DNA of 64,000 nucleotides, taken from the NCBI GenBank assembly GCA_051013385.1, contig CP143273.1, positions 992,001-1,056,000 on the forward strand. The letters are read 5' to 3'. This DNA is from Phormidium sp. (GTDB taxonomy: Bacteria > Cyanobacteriota > Cyanobacteriia > Cyanobacteriales > Aerosakkonemataceae). How positions within the stretch are numbered: position 1 is the first letter of the stretch; each line of letters begins with the position of its first letter. The translations under genes and the position numbers were made by a program. Positions 9,821-19,166 of the stretch are shown in pieces. The notes under the pieces were generated by a model. The model ran no database searches. It was not told the origin of the DNA and saw nothing but the letters and a program-made list of their open reading frames with translations.

Positions 9821-10267
9821 ATGAGCGAAAGAATTGAAAAATTCTGTGACGATCTGAAAGTCCAACTTAATGGGATTGAGAGCCATTTATTTCAAGTCAA
9901 AGAAAAACTGACTACAGCTTCTAAAGAAGCAGAATCTACAATCAAAGAAAAGCTAGAAATAGCCAAAGCTAAGTTAGAAACTAAAAAGCAGGAAGTTGCA
10001 ACTGCTAAGGAGAAACTGGCGCAACGTATTGAGACGAAAAAGGCAGAAGTTGAAGCGGAAGTAGCAGAATGGAAAGCGCAAAAGGCGAAAGACAAATTGC
10101 TAAAACACGCTCAAGAAGCTGAAGAATATGCGATCGCTGCGATCTTACTTGCCGCTGCTGCTGCGGAAGAAGCGGAGGTAGCTGTTTTTGAGGCGATCGA
10201 AGCGAGAATAGCCGCTGAGGAAGATACAGTTGAAGTTCTCAAGAGTGCTGAAAGTCCTGCTTCTTAA
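9821..10267 (+). CDS. Hypothetical coiled-coil protein (Ala/Glu/Lys-rich)
   Basis: AGGAG RBS; heptad-rich; AEEYAIAAILLAAAAAEEAE segment. Confidence 0.8.
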   Translation: MSERIEKFCDDLKVQLNGIESHLFQVKEKLTTASKEAESTIKEKLEIAKAKLETKKQEVATAKEKLAQRIETKKAEVEAEVAEWKAQKAKDKLLKHAQEAEEYAIAAILLAAAAAEEAEVAVFEAIEARIAAEEDTVEVLKSAESPAS

Positions 10268-10283
10268 ATTTGAGTCCTAAAAT

Positions 10284-10309
10284 CTGCCCGGAAATTGATT
10301 TCCGGGCAG
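10284..10309. terminator. Perfect hairpin between convergent genes
   Basis: CTGCCCGGAAAT-TG-ATTTCCGGGCAG. Confidence 0.6.
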
Positions 10310-10338
10310 GCTAACAGTGCAGGTGCAAGATCTCAGTA

Positions 10339-10719
10339 TTAGTCATTCCAGTTAAGAATTAATCGAACTTGCTGGACTAAATCCGGTGCTTTGAAAGGTT
10401 TGGTAATAACTCCGGCGATCGCTAATTGAGCAAATCTTTGGCGATCGCTTGCTTGTGCTTTAGCTGTCAGCAAAATAATTGGAATTGAGCAAATTATAGG
10501 GTTAGCTTGCATTTGTTGAAAAGCAGTAATACCGTCCATTTCTGGCATCATTACATCTAATAGAATTGCATCTGGTTGTTCAGTTTCCGCAAGGGTAATA
10601 CCAGCTTGACAAGAATCTGCAACTAAGGTTTCCCAGGAAGCAATTACCCGAAATGCAACTGGAATTACTTGACGAATTCCTGGTTCATCGTCAATTAATA
10701 GGATACGTTTCTTTGTCAT
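10339..10719 (-). CDS. Single-domain response regulator (RcaF/CheY-like)
   Basis: ILLIDDE, ILLDVMMP, LLTAK, KPF; overlaps the kinase stop. Confidence 0.92.
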   Translation of the reverse strand: MTKKRILLIDDEPGIRQVIPVAFRVIASWETLVADSCQAGITLAETEQPDAILLDVMMPEMDGITAFQQMQANPIICSIPIILLTAKAQASDRQRFAQLAIAGVITKPFKAPDLVQQVRLILNWND

Positions 10720-13615
10720 TGCGATCGCCCTCTGAAATCGGTAAAGTGAAATAAAAAGTGCTGCCTTTTCCTAAGTTGCTTTCTGCCCAAATTCGTCCTC
10801 CATGCTGTTGAATGATACTCCGGCAAATCGCTAATCCTAATCCGGTTCCGCCTTTCTGACGCGAATCAGAAGCATCTACTTGCTGAAACCGCTCAAAAAT
10901 GCTTTCTAGCCGATCGCTGGGAATGCCACGCCCGTAATCTTTGACCATAAATTTCATGAATGTGGCAGCAAATAAATCATGCACAGATGTTTCCTGAAAC
11001 GTCTCTACATGAATTTGAATAGTTGAATGTACGGGAGAAAAGCGAATTGCATTACTGAGTAGATTTATGAGAACTTGAATTAAGCGATCGCGATCGGCTT
11101 CAATCGGACAAGATATCACAGATACTTCAAATTTAATATTTGATTTGTTAGCCAAATCTTTCATTTGATCGATCGCACTCTCAATCAAATTTTCTGGGTA
11201 ACAAAGCTGTTTTTCAATATGAATTTTACCAGAATCAAGTCTTTCTAAATCAAGGATATCATTCACTAAACGCATTAGGCGATCGACACCTTCTGTCGCC
11301 ACACGAATCATCCCTTGCCCCTCTTCTGATGTCGGCTCGACTAATTGTTGATCCAGCAAACTTAAAGCAACTTGCATAGAAGTTAAGGGAGTTCGCAGTT
11401 CATGACTAACAATAGAAACAAATTCCCGTTTGAGACGCTCTAATTTATGCTGGTCGGTAATATCTTCACCAATTCCAATAATACCAATTGTATTCCCCAC
11501 AGTATCTTGTAGGGCAGTATTATTCCAAACAATAATGCGTTCTTCTGCTGATTTTGTAATAATTCTATTCTGATAATAGGAATACTGAACTCGCTGTTCT
11601 AGCAAATCAACAAAATGGTTTTTTGACACTTGCCGTTCTTCAGGAACCACAAAAGTTTTTAACCATTCTTGAGAAATGATTTCTGACTCTTTGTAGCCTG
11701 TAATAGAAGAGAAAAAAGGATTGACATATTCGACAAATCCTTGAGTATCTAATCCCACCACCATTAGTTGTACTTGATCTAAAAGACTTCGCCATCTGCG
11801 ATTCCATTCTTGCAAGCTGGCTTCTGCTTGTTTGCGATCGGTAATATCCATCACCGTTCCCACCCAACCAGTTACCTGTTCTTGCGAGTTAAAAACTGGC
11901 TCACCCCGAACTTCGATGTATCGCACTTCCCCATCCGGTCGCACGATTCGCAAATCTGCTTCACAGGACTTTCCAGCTAATAGGGGAGCTTTCACCAGTT
12001 GTCGATCGATCCATAAATCATCAGGATGGATCAAACGATCCATCTCTTCGCCAACTGGAGCAGGTATACTCGGATCGAGTTGATGAATACGATACAGTTC
12101 CTCTGACCAAATACAAGTTTGGCTGGCAATGTCATACTCCCAACTACCAATATGGGCAATTTTTTGCGCTCTGGCTAAATTTGCTTCACTTTGACGCAGT
12201 TGCGCTTCTACTCGTTTGCGATCGGTAACATCCAACACCGTACCAAATAACCCAATCAGTTCCCCTCGCTCATTAAAAGTCCCCGGCTTTGCTCTAGCTT
12301 CGACATAGCGAATTTCCCCATCTGGACGAATAATTCGCAGATCGTACTCATAAGATTCACCCCTAAGTGATGCGTTAACCATTGCTTGATGAATTTCTAA
12401 ATCATCAGGATGGATATATTTATCCCGCTTTTGCAAATCAGACACAGAACTGTTGGGATCGAGTCCATGAATGCGATAAATTTCTTCAGACCAGGAAATT
12501 TTTCCATCTTCTCGCTGCCATTGCCAGCTGCCAACAGATGCAATCCGTTGAGCTTCTCGTAGGGCAAATTCACTTTGACGCAATGCCTGTTCTACTCGTT
12601 TGCGATCGCTTACATCCAGCGCCGTACCATACAAGTGCAACAATTCTCCCTGCTCATCATAAATTCCTGGCTCTCCCCGTGCTTCAATGTAGCGAATTTC
12701 CCCATCGGGGCGAATAATCCGTAAATCAACTTCAAAGGAGTAACCTGCCTGGGCTCGCTGGACTAATTTTTGATGTTCAGCTAAGTCGTCTGGATGAATT
12801 AAAGATTCAAGTTCTTTCCCTTGTGGCGCGGGTTGATTAGGGTCGAGTCCATGAATTCGATACATTTCCTCAGACCATGTAACAGTGTTTTTTTGACAAT
12901 CCCAATGCCAACTTCCTACATGAGCAATTCGTTGGGCAGTACGCAGATTAAATTCACTTTGATGTAGTGCTGCGATCGCTTGTTGATACTCTGTAATTTC
13001 CACCACAATACCACCGATTGCGATCGCTTCACCCGTAGGGCCGGAAATGGGAAAAAATGAGTTAAGCCAATGTCGTAAAACTCCCGGTTGACTGGGTACA
13101 TAGCCAGATACTTCTAAATTAGAAATTGGTTGCTTTATCTCAATTAAAGTCTGGAATAAGGGAGTTAGAGTAGAGGCAAGTTCAGGCAACAAGTCAGGTA
13201 AAAATTTACCCAAATGGAACTCAATGGAATATCCATTAATATCTGCCAATGTTTGATTAATGTGGAGGAATTGTAAGTTTGTGTCAACGATGAATAATCC
13301 AATATTAGATTTCGTTGCGGCATTAAAAAAACCAGCGAACAATTGCTCTCGCTCGATGAGTTCTTGGTATAACTGTTGACAGGTGTCGCTCTCGATTTCT
13401 TTTGCTTGTTGGGAGAAAGTTTTCTCTTGCTGCAACTGTAAAAACTTGGTTCTAGTTGCCAAAGTTGCGGAGTGATTTCCATTCACACTATACAAAGGCG
13501 GCAATCTAAAAGGAGAATTCCAGGCTGAAGAATGCTGTTTGAGAGTCGCTACCTCGGCTCGTAATGCCTGCAATTCTTGAATTAGTTGCTCTTTAGTTTT
13601 TGTGCGATCGTCCAC
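10691..13615 (-). CDS. Cytoplasmic multi-PAS histidine kinase
   Basis: Five PAS/PAC domains, three of them closely similar; SHELRTP H-box, NLLSNA, DYGRG, GTGLGL; no TM helix and no GAF. Confidence 0.93.
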   Translation of the reverse strand: MDDRTKTKEQLIQELQALRAEVATLKQHSSAWNSPFRLPPLYSVNGNHSATLATRTKFLQLQQEKTFSQQAKEIESDTCQQLYQELIEREQLFAGFFNAATKSNIGLFIVDTNLQFLHINQTLADINGYSIEFHLGKFLPDLLPELASTLTPLFQTLIEIKQPISNLEVSGYVPSQPGVLRHWLNSFFPISGPTGEAIAIGGIVVEITEYQQAIAALHQSEFNLRTAQRIAHVGSWHWDCQKNTVTWSEEMYRIHGLDPNQPAPQGKELESLIHPDDLAEHQKLVQRAQAGYSFEVDLRIIRPDGEIRYIEARGEPGIYDEQGELLHLYGTALDVSDRKRVEQALRQSEFALREAQRIASVGSWQWQREDGKISWSEEIYRIHGLDPNSSVSDLQKRDKYIHPDDLEIHQAMVNASLRGESYEYDLRIIRPDGEIRYVEARAKPGTFNERGELIGLFGTVLDVTDRKRVEAQLRQSEANLARAQKIAHIGSWEYDIASQTCIWSEELYRIHQLDPSIPAPVGEEMDRLIHPDDLWIDRQLVKAPLLAGKSCEADLRIVRPDGEVRYIEVRGEPVFNSQEQVTGWVGTVMDITDRKQAEASLQEWNRRWRSLLDQVQLMVVGLDTQGFVEYVNPFFSSITGYKESEIISQEWLKTFVVPEERQVSKNHFVDLLEQRVQYSYYQNRIITKSAEERIIVWNNTALQDTVGNTIGIIGIGEDITDQHKLERLKREFVSIVSHELRTPLTSMQVALSLLDQQLVEPTSEEGQGMIRVATEGVDRLMRLVNDILDLERLDSGKIHIEKQLCYPENLIESAIDQMKDLANKSNIKFEVSVISCPIEADRDRLIQVLINLLSNAIRFSPVHSTIQIHVETFQETSVHDLFAATFMKFMVKDYGRGIPSDRLESIFERFQQVDASDSRQKGGTGLGLAICRSIIQQHGGRIWAESNLGKGSTFYFTLPISEGDRNDKETYPIN

Positions 13616-13701
13616 TTTGACTTTCCCCTTTGCGCTTACATCTATCTTAAGGTAAATAAATTAATTAAATAATTTATTTATCTTAGGACGGATGCGGAAA
13701 C

Positions 13702-14466
13702 TTAAAATTCGTTTATTGGCAAGGCAACATAAAAAGTACTACCCTGCCCCAATGTACTTTCAACCCAAATTTTTCCCTGATGTTGCTGAATGATTCGCTC
13801 GCAGATTGCCAATTCTAATCCCAGACCTCCATACTTGCGGGTGTCTGAGGAATCGACTTGCTTAAAGGGTTGAAAAATTTCTTTGAGGGCAGTCTCAGGA
13901 ATTCCTGTACCTTGGTCTTTTATTGCAATCAAGACGTAAGGTAAAATAGGTAAATCTAGAAAGTTTGCGGTTTGAACTATTGTGGCAGTTAACCAAACTT
14001 GGCGATCGCTAGGAGAAAACTTAATCGCATTATGGAGAAGATTCGATAAAGCCTGACTTAAATAATAATCGTCTGCCTTTAAAGGAATAAAGCTAGGAAT
14101 ATTTAAATCAATCTCAATTCGCTGCTCAGTTGCTACTAATTGTACTTTGTCCACAAGACGCTTAATTAGGGCTGCCCCATCCAAGGGCTGCATAAACATA
14201 GAATCTGTTTTATGCGTGATTTCGTACCAATCAAGAATATTCTGGATGGTGTGGGTTAAGCGATCGATATTATCCGCAGCTACCGTTAAAAGTGCTTGAA
14301 CTTCCGATTGTTCTTCTTGTTGATAGATTTGTAATAGATTGAGCGCTGCCTGTAGAGAAGTGATCGGAGTACGGAGTTCATGACTGAATACAGAGAACAA
14401 TTGCTCGATCGGATCTTCAGAAGGATTCATCATCTCCAATTTATTTTGATAATCATAAGTTTTCAT
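13702..14466 (-). CDS. Sensor-less histidine kinase (HisKA + HATPase only)
   Basis: SHELRTP, NLLHNA, DQGTG, variant G2 box GGLGLELA; start moved to ATG 14466 because a promoter-like site lies at 14495-14527. Confidence 0.85.
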   Translation of the reverse strand: MKTYDYQNKLEMMNPSEDPIEQLFSVFSHELRTPITSLQAALNLLQIYQQEEQSEVQALLTVAADNIDRLTHTIQNILDWYEITHKTDSMFMQPLDGAALIKRLVDKVQLVATEQRIEIDLNIPSFIPLKADDYYLSQALSNLLHNAIKFSPSDRQVWLTATIVQTANFLDLPILPYVLIAIKDQGTGIPETALKEIFQPFKQVDSSDTRKYGGLGLELAICERIIQQHQGKIWVESTLGQGSTFYVALPINEF

Positions 14467-14494
14467 GGATATTCTAATAAATACTAGCTGACAA

Positions 14495-14527
14495 ATTTTA
14501 TTCGGAAAAAGTGCCAAATAGGTGAAA
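14495..14527 (-). promoter_or_regulatory. L-box-like direct repeat plus -10 box upstream of the small kinase
   Basis: Minus strand TTTCACC-TATT-TGGCACT, then 9 nt, then TAAAAT. Confidence 0.6.
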
Positions 14528-14556
14528 AAATCATTACCATCAGCCCCCAATTAAAC

Positions 14557-14590
14557 TTTCACCACTTTGTCACTTTTTTTTGCATAAAAT
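14557..14590 (+). promoter_or_regulatory. L-box-like direct repeat plus -10 box pointing antisense into the regulator gene
   Basis: TTTCACC-ACTT-TGTCACT, then 10 nt, then TAAAAT. Confidence 0.5.
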
Positions 14591-14669
14591 CGGTTAATTT
14601 ACCAGCAAAATGCCCAGAAATCATTTTGTCACATTCAAGGAACGCAAAAATCCTGAAATCTTTAAATCC

Positions 14670-16154
14670 TTAAATCCTGGTAAATTTTTGACTACGCCTA
14701 ATCCGATTAAGAACTTGGGTAGAAAGTTCTTCTGGTACAATTGGTTTGGTTAAATAGTCATCTGCACCACTAGCAAATACTTGTTGTAGTGTTTGGCGAT
14801 CGCTTTGTACGGTAAGAATTAAAATTGGCAACCAACTCCATTGTTCTGTATTCCGCACAGTTTGACATAGCTTTAATCCATTAATCTCAGGCATATTGAT
14901 ATCTAAAATTAATAAATTTGGTTTGACTGTTGCTAATATTTGCCAAATTTGCGTCGGTTTTTCTAAAGTAGCAACTTTGATGCCCACATTTCCCAGAATT
15001 TGTTTAAGTAAAATCAGAATTGCTGGCTCATCATCGATCGCCAATACTCGAATCTCTCCACTATCAGTTAAAGGCAACTCAGGCATCGAAACTAACGAAT
15101 CAGTCTGGGTTGCTTGCTCAGGAAAATTCCCAGGAGACTGTTCTAATTCTGAGCGTAAAGTTCTGACTAATTGGGAGAGCGAATCGAGGTTGATTAATAG
15201 AGGTTGATTTTGTAAGAGAATTTCGATCGCCTTGGCAATATGAGAAGCTGCTTCAAAACCGAAAGTTGCTACCGTACCTGCTAATTGATGAGCACTTTTT
15301 TGGGCTGCTTGTAGTTGATTTGAAGTGAAAATTTTAGATTGTAAACTGATAATAATTTCTTCCAGAGTTTCTAGGTGTTTAAAGACTCCCTCGTGAATAT
15401 TTTGCCAAATTTTGGCGATCGACTCATTTAATTCTTTACTTTGCGCTAGAGACAAAGAAGAATTAGATAAGGAATTCTGTAAAAAACTCGGATTAATTCG
15501 ATAGCCATGTCCATAAAGTGTTTCAATTAAATCTTCTGCTCCCACCTCCTTTAACTTGTTGCGAATTCGGCGAATATGGGACTTTACTGTATCCTCAGTT
15601 GGCAGTTTATCCAACGTCCAAAGATGATCGACAATATCACTTCGGCTAAAAACACGACAAGGATGGCGGAGAAATAGCTCTATTAATAAATACTCTTTTC
15701 GGCTAAATGGTAAAACTTGCCCATTACAGGTAATCTCCCGCATTTGTGGATTGAGATGAATACTCCCGCAGGAAAGAATAGCTGTTGATTCTTCAGTCAA
15801 TCGACGAGACAAAATGCGAATTCGAGCCAGTAACTCTTGGATATCAAACGGTTTTACCAAATAATCATCCGCACCACTATCCAATCCAATTAATTTATCT
15901 GTTATTGAATCCCGTGCAGTCATCAGCATTACTGGAACTTGTAAATTGTGTTCTCGCAAGCGACGACACAATCTAATTCCATCCAACTTCGGCAACACTA
16001 CATCTAGTAATACTAAATCATAAGAAATGAGATTAATCATTTCCCAACCCATTTCACCGTCAGTTGAAACATCCACAATATAATTGTGTTTACCCAGAAC
16101 GGTAGTCAGTGCCTTTGCTAAATTTGTGTCATCTTCAACAAGCAGAATTCGCAT
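14670..16154 (-). CDS. RcaC-like response regulator (REC - OmpR wHTH - Hpt - REC)
   Basis: MRILLVEDD REC; VKSHIRRIRNKL...IETLYGHGYR wHTH; AHQLAGTVATFG Hpt; second REC LILDINMP. Confidence 0.92.
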   Translation of the reverse strand: MRILLVEDDTNLAKALTTVLGKHNYIVDVSTDGEMGWEMINLISYDLVLLDVVLPKLDGIRLCRRLREHNLQVPVMLMTARDSITDKLIGLDSGADDYLVKPFDIQELLARIRILSRRLTEESTAILSCGSIHLNPQMREITCNGQVLPFSRKEYLLIELFLRHPCRVFSRSDIVDHLWTLDKLPTEDTVKSHIRRIRNKLKEVGAEDLIETLYGHGYRINPSFLQNSLSNSSLSLAQSKELNESIAKIWQNIHEGVFKHLETLEEIIISLQSKIFTSNQLQAAQKSAHQLAGTVATFGFEAASHIAKAIEILLQNQPLLINLDSLSQLVRTLRSELEQSPGNFPEQATQTDSLVSMPELPLTDSGEIRVLAIDDEPAILILLKQILGNVGIKVATLEKPTQIWQILATVKPNLLILDINMPEINGLKLCQTVRNTEQWSWLPILILTVQSDRQTLQQVFASGADDYLTKPIVPEELSTQVLNRIRRSQKFTRI

Positions 16155-16249
16155 ACTATCTAGATGCTTCACTTAAATCTATGAGGAATTTTCGCTAAAT
16201 TCCTATTCAGCTTCGGGATTTGTGTAAGGATCGAGGTTAGGATACCTAA

Positions 16250-16282
16250 ACTTTATCACATAAAAGTAACAAACTGGTGACA
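16250..16282 (-). promoter_or_regulatory. L-box-like direct repeat plus -10 box upstream of the RcaC-like gene (possible autoregulation)
   Basis: Minus strand TGTCACC-AGTT-TGTTACT, then 9 nt, then TAAAGT. Confidence 0.6.
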
Positions 16283-16550
16283 AATAAATTTTATATCTAA
16301 ATTTATCTCTTTAGATCATTAAAATTTTGATTTCGATGAGTAACATCTCTTCCTGAATCCGAACTCAGGTTAAAATTTGGCTATCTATAGCATCTTCCTT
16401 CTCTGCACTAGGCAAACAATCATGGATACACAACTTCTCACCACATTTGCCGCAAGTTTATTTGCACTACTTAATCCCTTGGGGATTTTGCTTAGATAAT
16501 TTTGAGTAAGTCTGTAATCACAGCCGAAAAATTGTTAAGGTGAGAAAAAT

Positions 16551-16583
16551 TTGCACCAGTTTTTTACTTTTTCCAATTACACT
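16551..16583 (+). promoter_or_regulatory. L-box-like direct repeat plus -10 box upstream of the SDR gene
   Basis: TTGCACC-AGTT-TTTTACT, then 9 nt, then TACACT. Confidence 0.6.
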
Positions 16584-16743
16584 ATTTCCATTCCTGAATT
16601 CCAGATTAAATTCCCAAAAATTTCCAGATTAAATCCCCAAAAATAGAGATTTATTAGCCTTTATCTAAATGGAGCAAACAAAGATACCCATAAGACTATC
16701 TATCAGGTAATCTGATTAATCCAGAGACATTAGGAACAATTCA

Positions 16744-17841
16744 GTGGAGCCAAATTTTCCCGATCTCAATCCTGACAATCCTGGGGTACAGGAATTCATC
16801 CGATATACGCTGTCGCGTCGTCAATTTCTCGCATTAGGGACTGGCGCTTTTGTGGCAACGATCGCCCTTGCAAACTTCACTAAGGAAGCTCAATCTGCCG
16901 CAAAAAGCGATGTTTTTTCTGCCAGCAATTCAATCAAAGGAGAACTAGCAACAATGGATATTCAGCCAACTAATCCTGACTATTTTATTCCCAATCGGTT
17001 TCAAGGAAAAACGATTTTAATTACGGGTGCAGCAACGGGAATTGGTGCTGCAACAGCAATCCGCGCCGCACGAGAAGGTGCCAAAGTGATTGGGGTAGAC
17101 CGCAAGGAAGGTGACTTAAATCAGACAATCAGCAAAATTAAAGCGGAAGGACACAGTGGAATCGCAATTGTAGGGAATGTCGTGGAAACGGCGTTGTGCG
17201 ATCGCATGGTGACAGAAGCAGTAAAAGCCTTTGGTAGCGTCGATTTGGCGCTGAATGCAGCTGGAGTGATGGATGGGGGAGATCCGGCTCAACCTCTAAA
17301 TTTTGACGGTCAACGGAATCTGTTGCCTAATTCAATTCATCTCGCTACCGATGCCTATTGGGATGCGGTGATTGCGACTAATACAACGGGTGTATTTAAG
17401 TCGATGCGGTCAGAACTGCGACAGATGTTAGCACAGGGTAAAGGTGGAGCGATCGTCAATATCGGTTCGATCGCAGGCTTAACCGGATTAGCCGGAAATC
17501 CCGCCTACGTTGCCAGTAAACACGGAGTTACAGGCTTAACGCGAAATGCCGCTCTAGATTATGCGCCCTACGGGATTCGGATCAACTCAGTCAATATGGC
17601 AGCGACAGATACACCGATGGTAGCTAGAGCAGGTGAATTTGTGCAAGCAACGAAAAAGTCTGGAGAAGGTGGCTCAATGGGTGGGCTCAAAATGCAGAGC
17701 ATTCTGTCTGCTGCCGATTCTAAACATCGTTCTGCTACCGTTTGGGAACAAGCAGCGATTATTCTTTTTCTCCTGTCTCCAGATGCTTCTAATTTAACGG
17801 GTTGTACATACGCCACTGATGGTGGTTGGACGGCTTACTAA
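16744..17841 (+). CDS. Short-chain dehydrogenase/reductase with an N-terminal Tat signal
   Basis: SRRQFL plus hydrophobic region; TGAATGIG, NAAG, YVASK, DGG. Confidence 0.9.
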   Translation: MEPNFPDLNPDNPGVQEFIRYTLSRRQFLALGTGAFVATIALANFTKEAQSAAKSDVFSASNSIKGELATMDIQPTNPDYFIPNRFQGKTILITGAATGIGAATAIRAAREGAKVIGVDRKEGDLNQTISKIKAEGHSGIAIVGNVVETALCDRMVTEAVKAFGSVDLALNAAGVMDGGDPAQPLNFDGQRNLLPNSIHLATDAYWDAVIATNTTGVFKSMRSELRQMLAQGKGGAIVNIGSIAGLTGLAGNPAYVASKHGVTGLTRNAALDYAPYGIRINSVNMAATDTPMVARAGEFVQATKKSGEGGSMGGLKMQSILSAADSKHRSATVWEQAAIILFLLSPDASNLTGCTYATDGGWTAY

Positions 17842-17847
17842 ACAATA

Positions 17848-17966
17848 AGCTTACGGATTTAAATCACTGATTAACGAGTAGGGTGCGTCAGAGGGTAAAG
17901 CCTTATATAGAAAGGAAAATATCTAAATCTGACGCACCCTACCATAAGACTTTTAAATGCGTAGCT
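17848..17966. mobile_element. MITE-like element enclosing a REP-like pair
   Basis: Ends AGCTTACGGATTTAAA / TTTAAATGCGTAGCT; internal GTAGGGTGCGTCAGA ... TCTGACGCACCCTAC. Confidence 0.6.
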
Positions 17967-18026
17967 GTCGCTATCCAGGGAGAACCGAAAAGGTGAGATA
18001 TTAGATCGGTATTGCTGAAAATAAAT

Positions 18027-19102
18027 GGCTCTTATCTAAGCTCTGTGATAAATATTTCTAATCAGAAAAGCTACCTAAAAGGCGGGCACGAAAGCTTTCA
18101 AAATTTGTAAAACCGTAACCTTGACGCTCCCATTAGTTTAGCTTTATTGTTGATTCCTTCCATTACACCGCTGGTTGTGCGACTGATAAAGTAATTGCAT
18201 ATTCCTTGATTAACTAACTTCATCACATGAAACCTGTCAATAACTACAGCCGCATTCGGAAAAACTTCTGCAATAACTTTTGGGAAGCCTCCCCACATAT
18301 CTACGCTGACTTCTTCTACTTGCGCCCTCACCTCCAATGGCTGCTGCTTCAAGGCTTCTATAATGTCGTCTTGTTTATGACTATCAATAACTTCTAACAA
18401 ATTTCCTGTCTCGGCATTGGCAATCATTGTGATAAAATCTCTATAACCTTTTCGTTGACTGATTTCATCCATTGTCAGCTTTTTTACTTGTCTCCAGTCT
18501 TTTTTTTTTCGCTACTAATCCGCCGGAATATTAAGTCTACTTCTGCACAACTTAAGCACTCTATTCGGCTAATTTCAGCGACATTTGAACTAAGAACTCT
18601 CTGGTAAATATTCTGTTCATATCTCTTGGTATAGTTTCTTCTTTCGGCTAAAAATTCTATCTTCTCTGTACTATATCTTTGACATTTAGGACAATAAAAT
18701 CTTCGCCGGGGTACTCGTAAGTATACTGGTTTACCGAAGCTGGACAAATCTCTGACTAGTATCTGAGTTGTTTGATGTAATTCTGCTGTGTAATAATTGC
18801 AGTGAGGGCAGTGAGTTCCGCGATTTAACAGCTTCAGATGAAGACAAACGTAACCTTCTACTTCTTGATAACCTTCGACCGTAGTTTCAGCTAAATCTAG
18901 TAAATTATTTAGTAAAGAGGTCATCTTTTTCTACCAGCTTTTGAGTAGTTTAATATCTAATGTACCATTTCTGGTACTTCTACATCTCATGAACATACAG
19001 AAACTCTGGCAAACCCTCCATTAAAGAGGGTTTGCCAGAGTTTCTGTCTTCAATGAAGAGGTGTTGATAAGTTAGATTTATCACAGAGCTTAGGGGAGAG
19101 CC
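18027..19102 (-). mobile_element. Defective ISL3-family insertion sequence
   Basis: IRs GGCTCTtatcTAAGCTCTGTGATAAAT / GGCTCTccccTAAGCTCTGTGATAAAT; 22-bp-stem hairpin at 18997-19047. Confidence 0.9.
18098..18924 (-). pseudogene. ISL3 transposase, split at an A10 run and internally deleted
   Basis: Zinc finger CPHC...CPKC, MDE, VSVDM, DRFHV, EGINNK; frame change at the T-run 18500-18509; the region between FHV and EGINNK is much too short. Confidence 0.85.
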
Positions 19103-19104
19103 AA

Positions 19105-19158
19105 GTACGTTGTTGCGCTTGGGCGCTTTTCTTTAGCACCCAAGCGCAACAACGTGCC
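19105..19158. repeat. Hairpin downstream of sqr (REP-like or terminator)
   Basis: GTACGTTGTTGCGCTTGGG ... CCCAAGCGCAACAACGTGC. Confidence 0.6.
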
Positions 19159-19166
19159 TAGAAAAT

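Noticed and set aside
10691..16154. Calling these genes true rcaE/rcaF/rcaC
   Set aside because: The kinase has no bilin-binding GAF and no phycobiliprotein genes are nearby; treated as paralogues
16436..16454. Additional L-box-like copy
   Set aside because: Poor second half-site and no -10 box at the shared spacing
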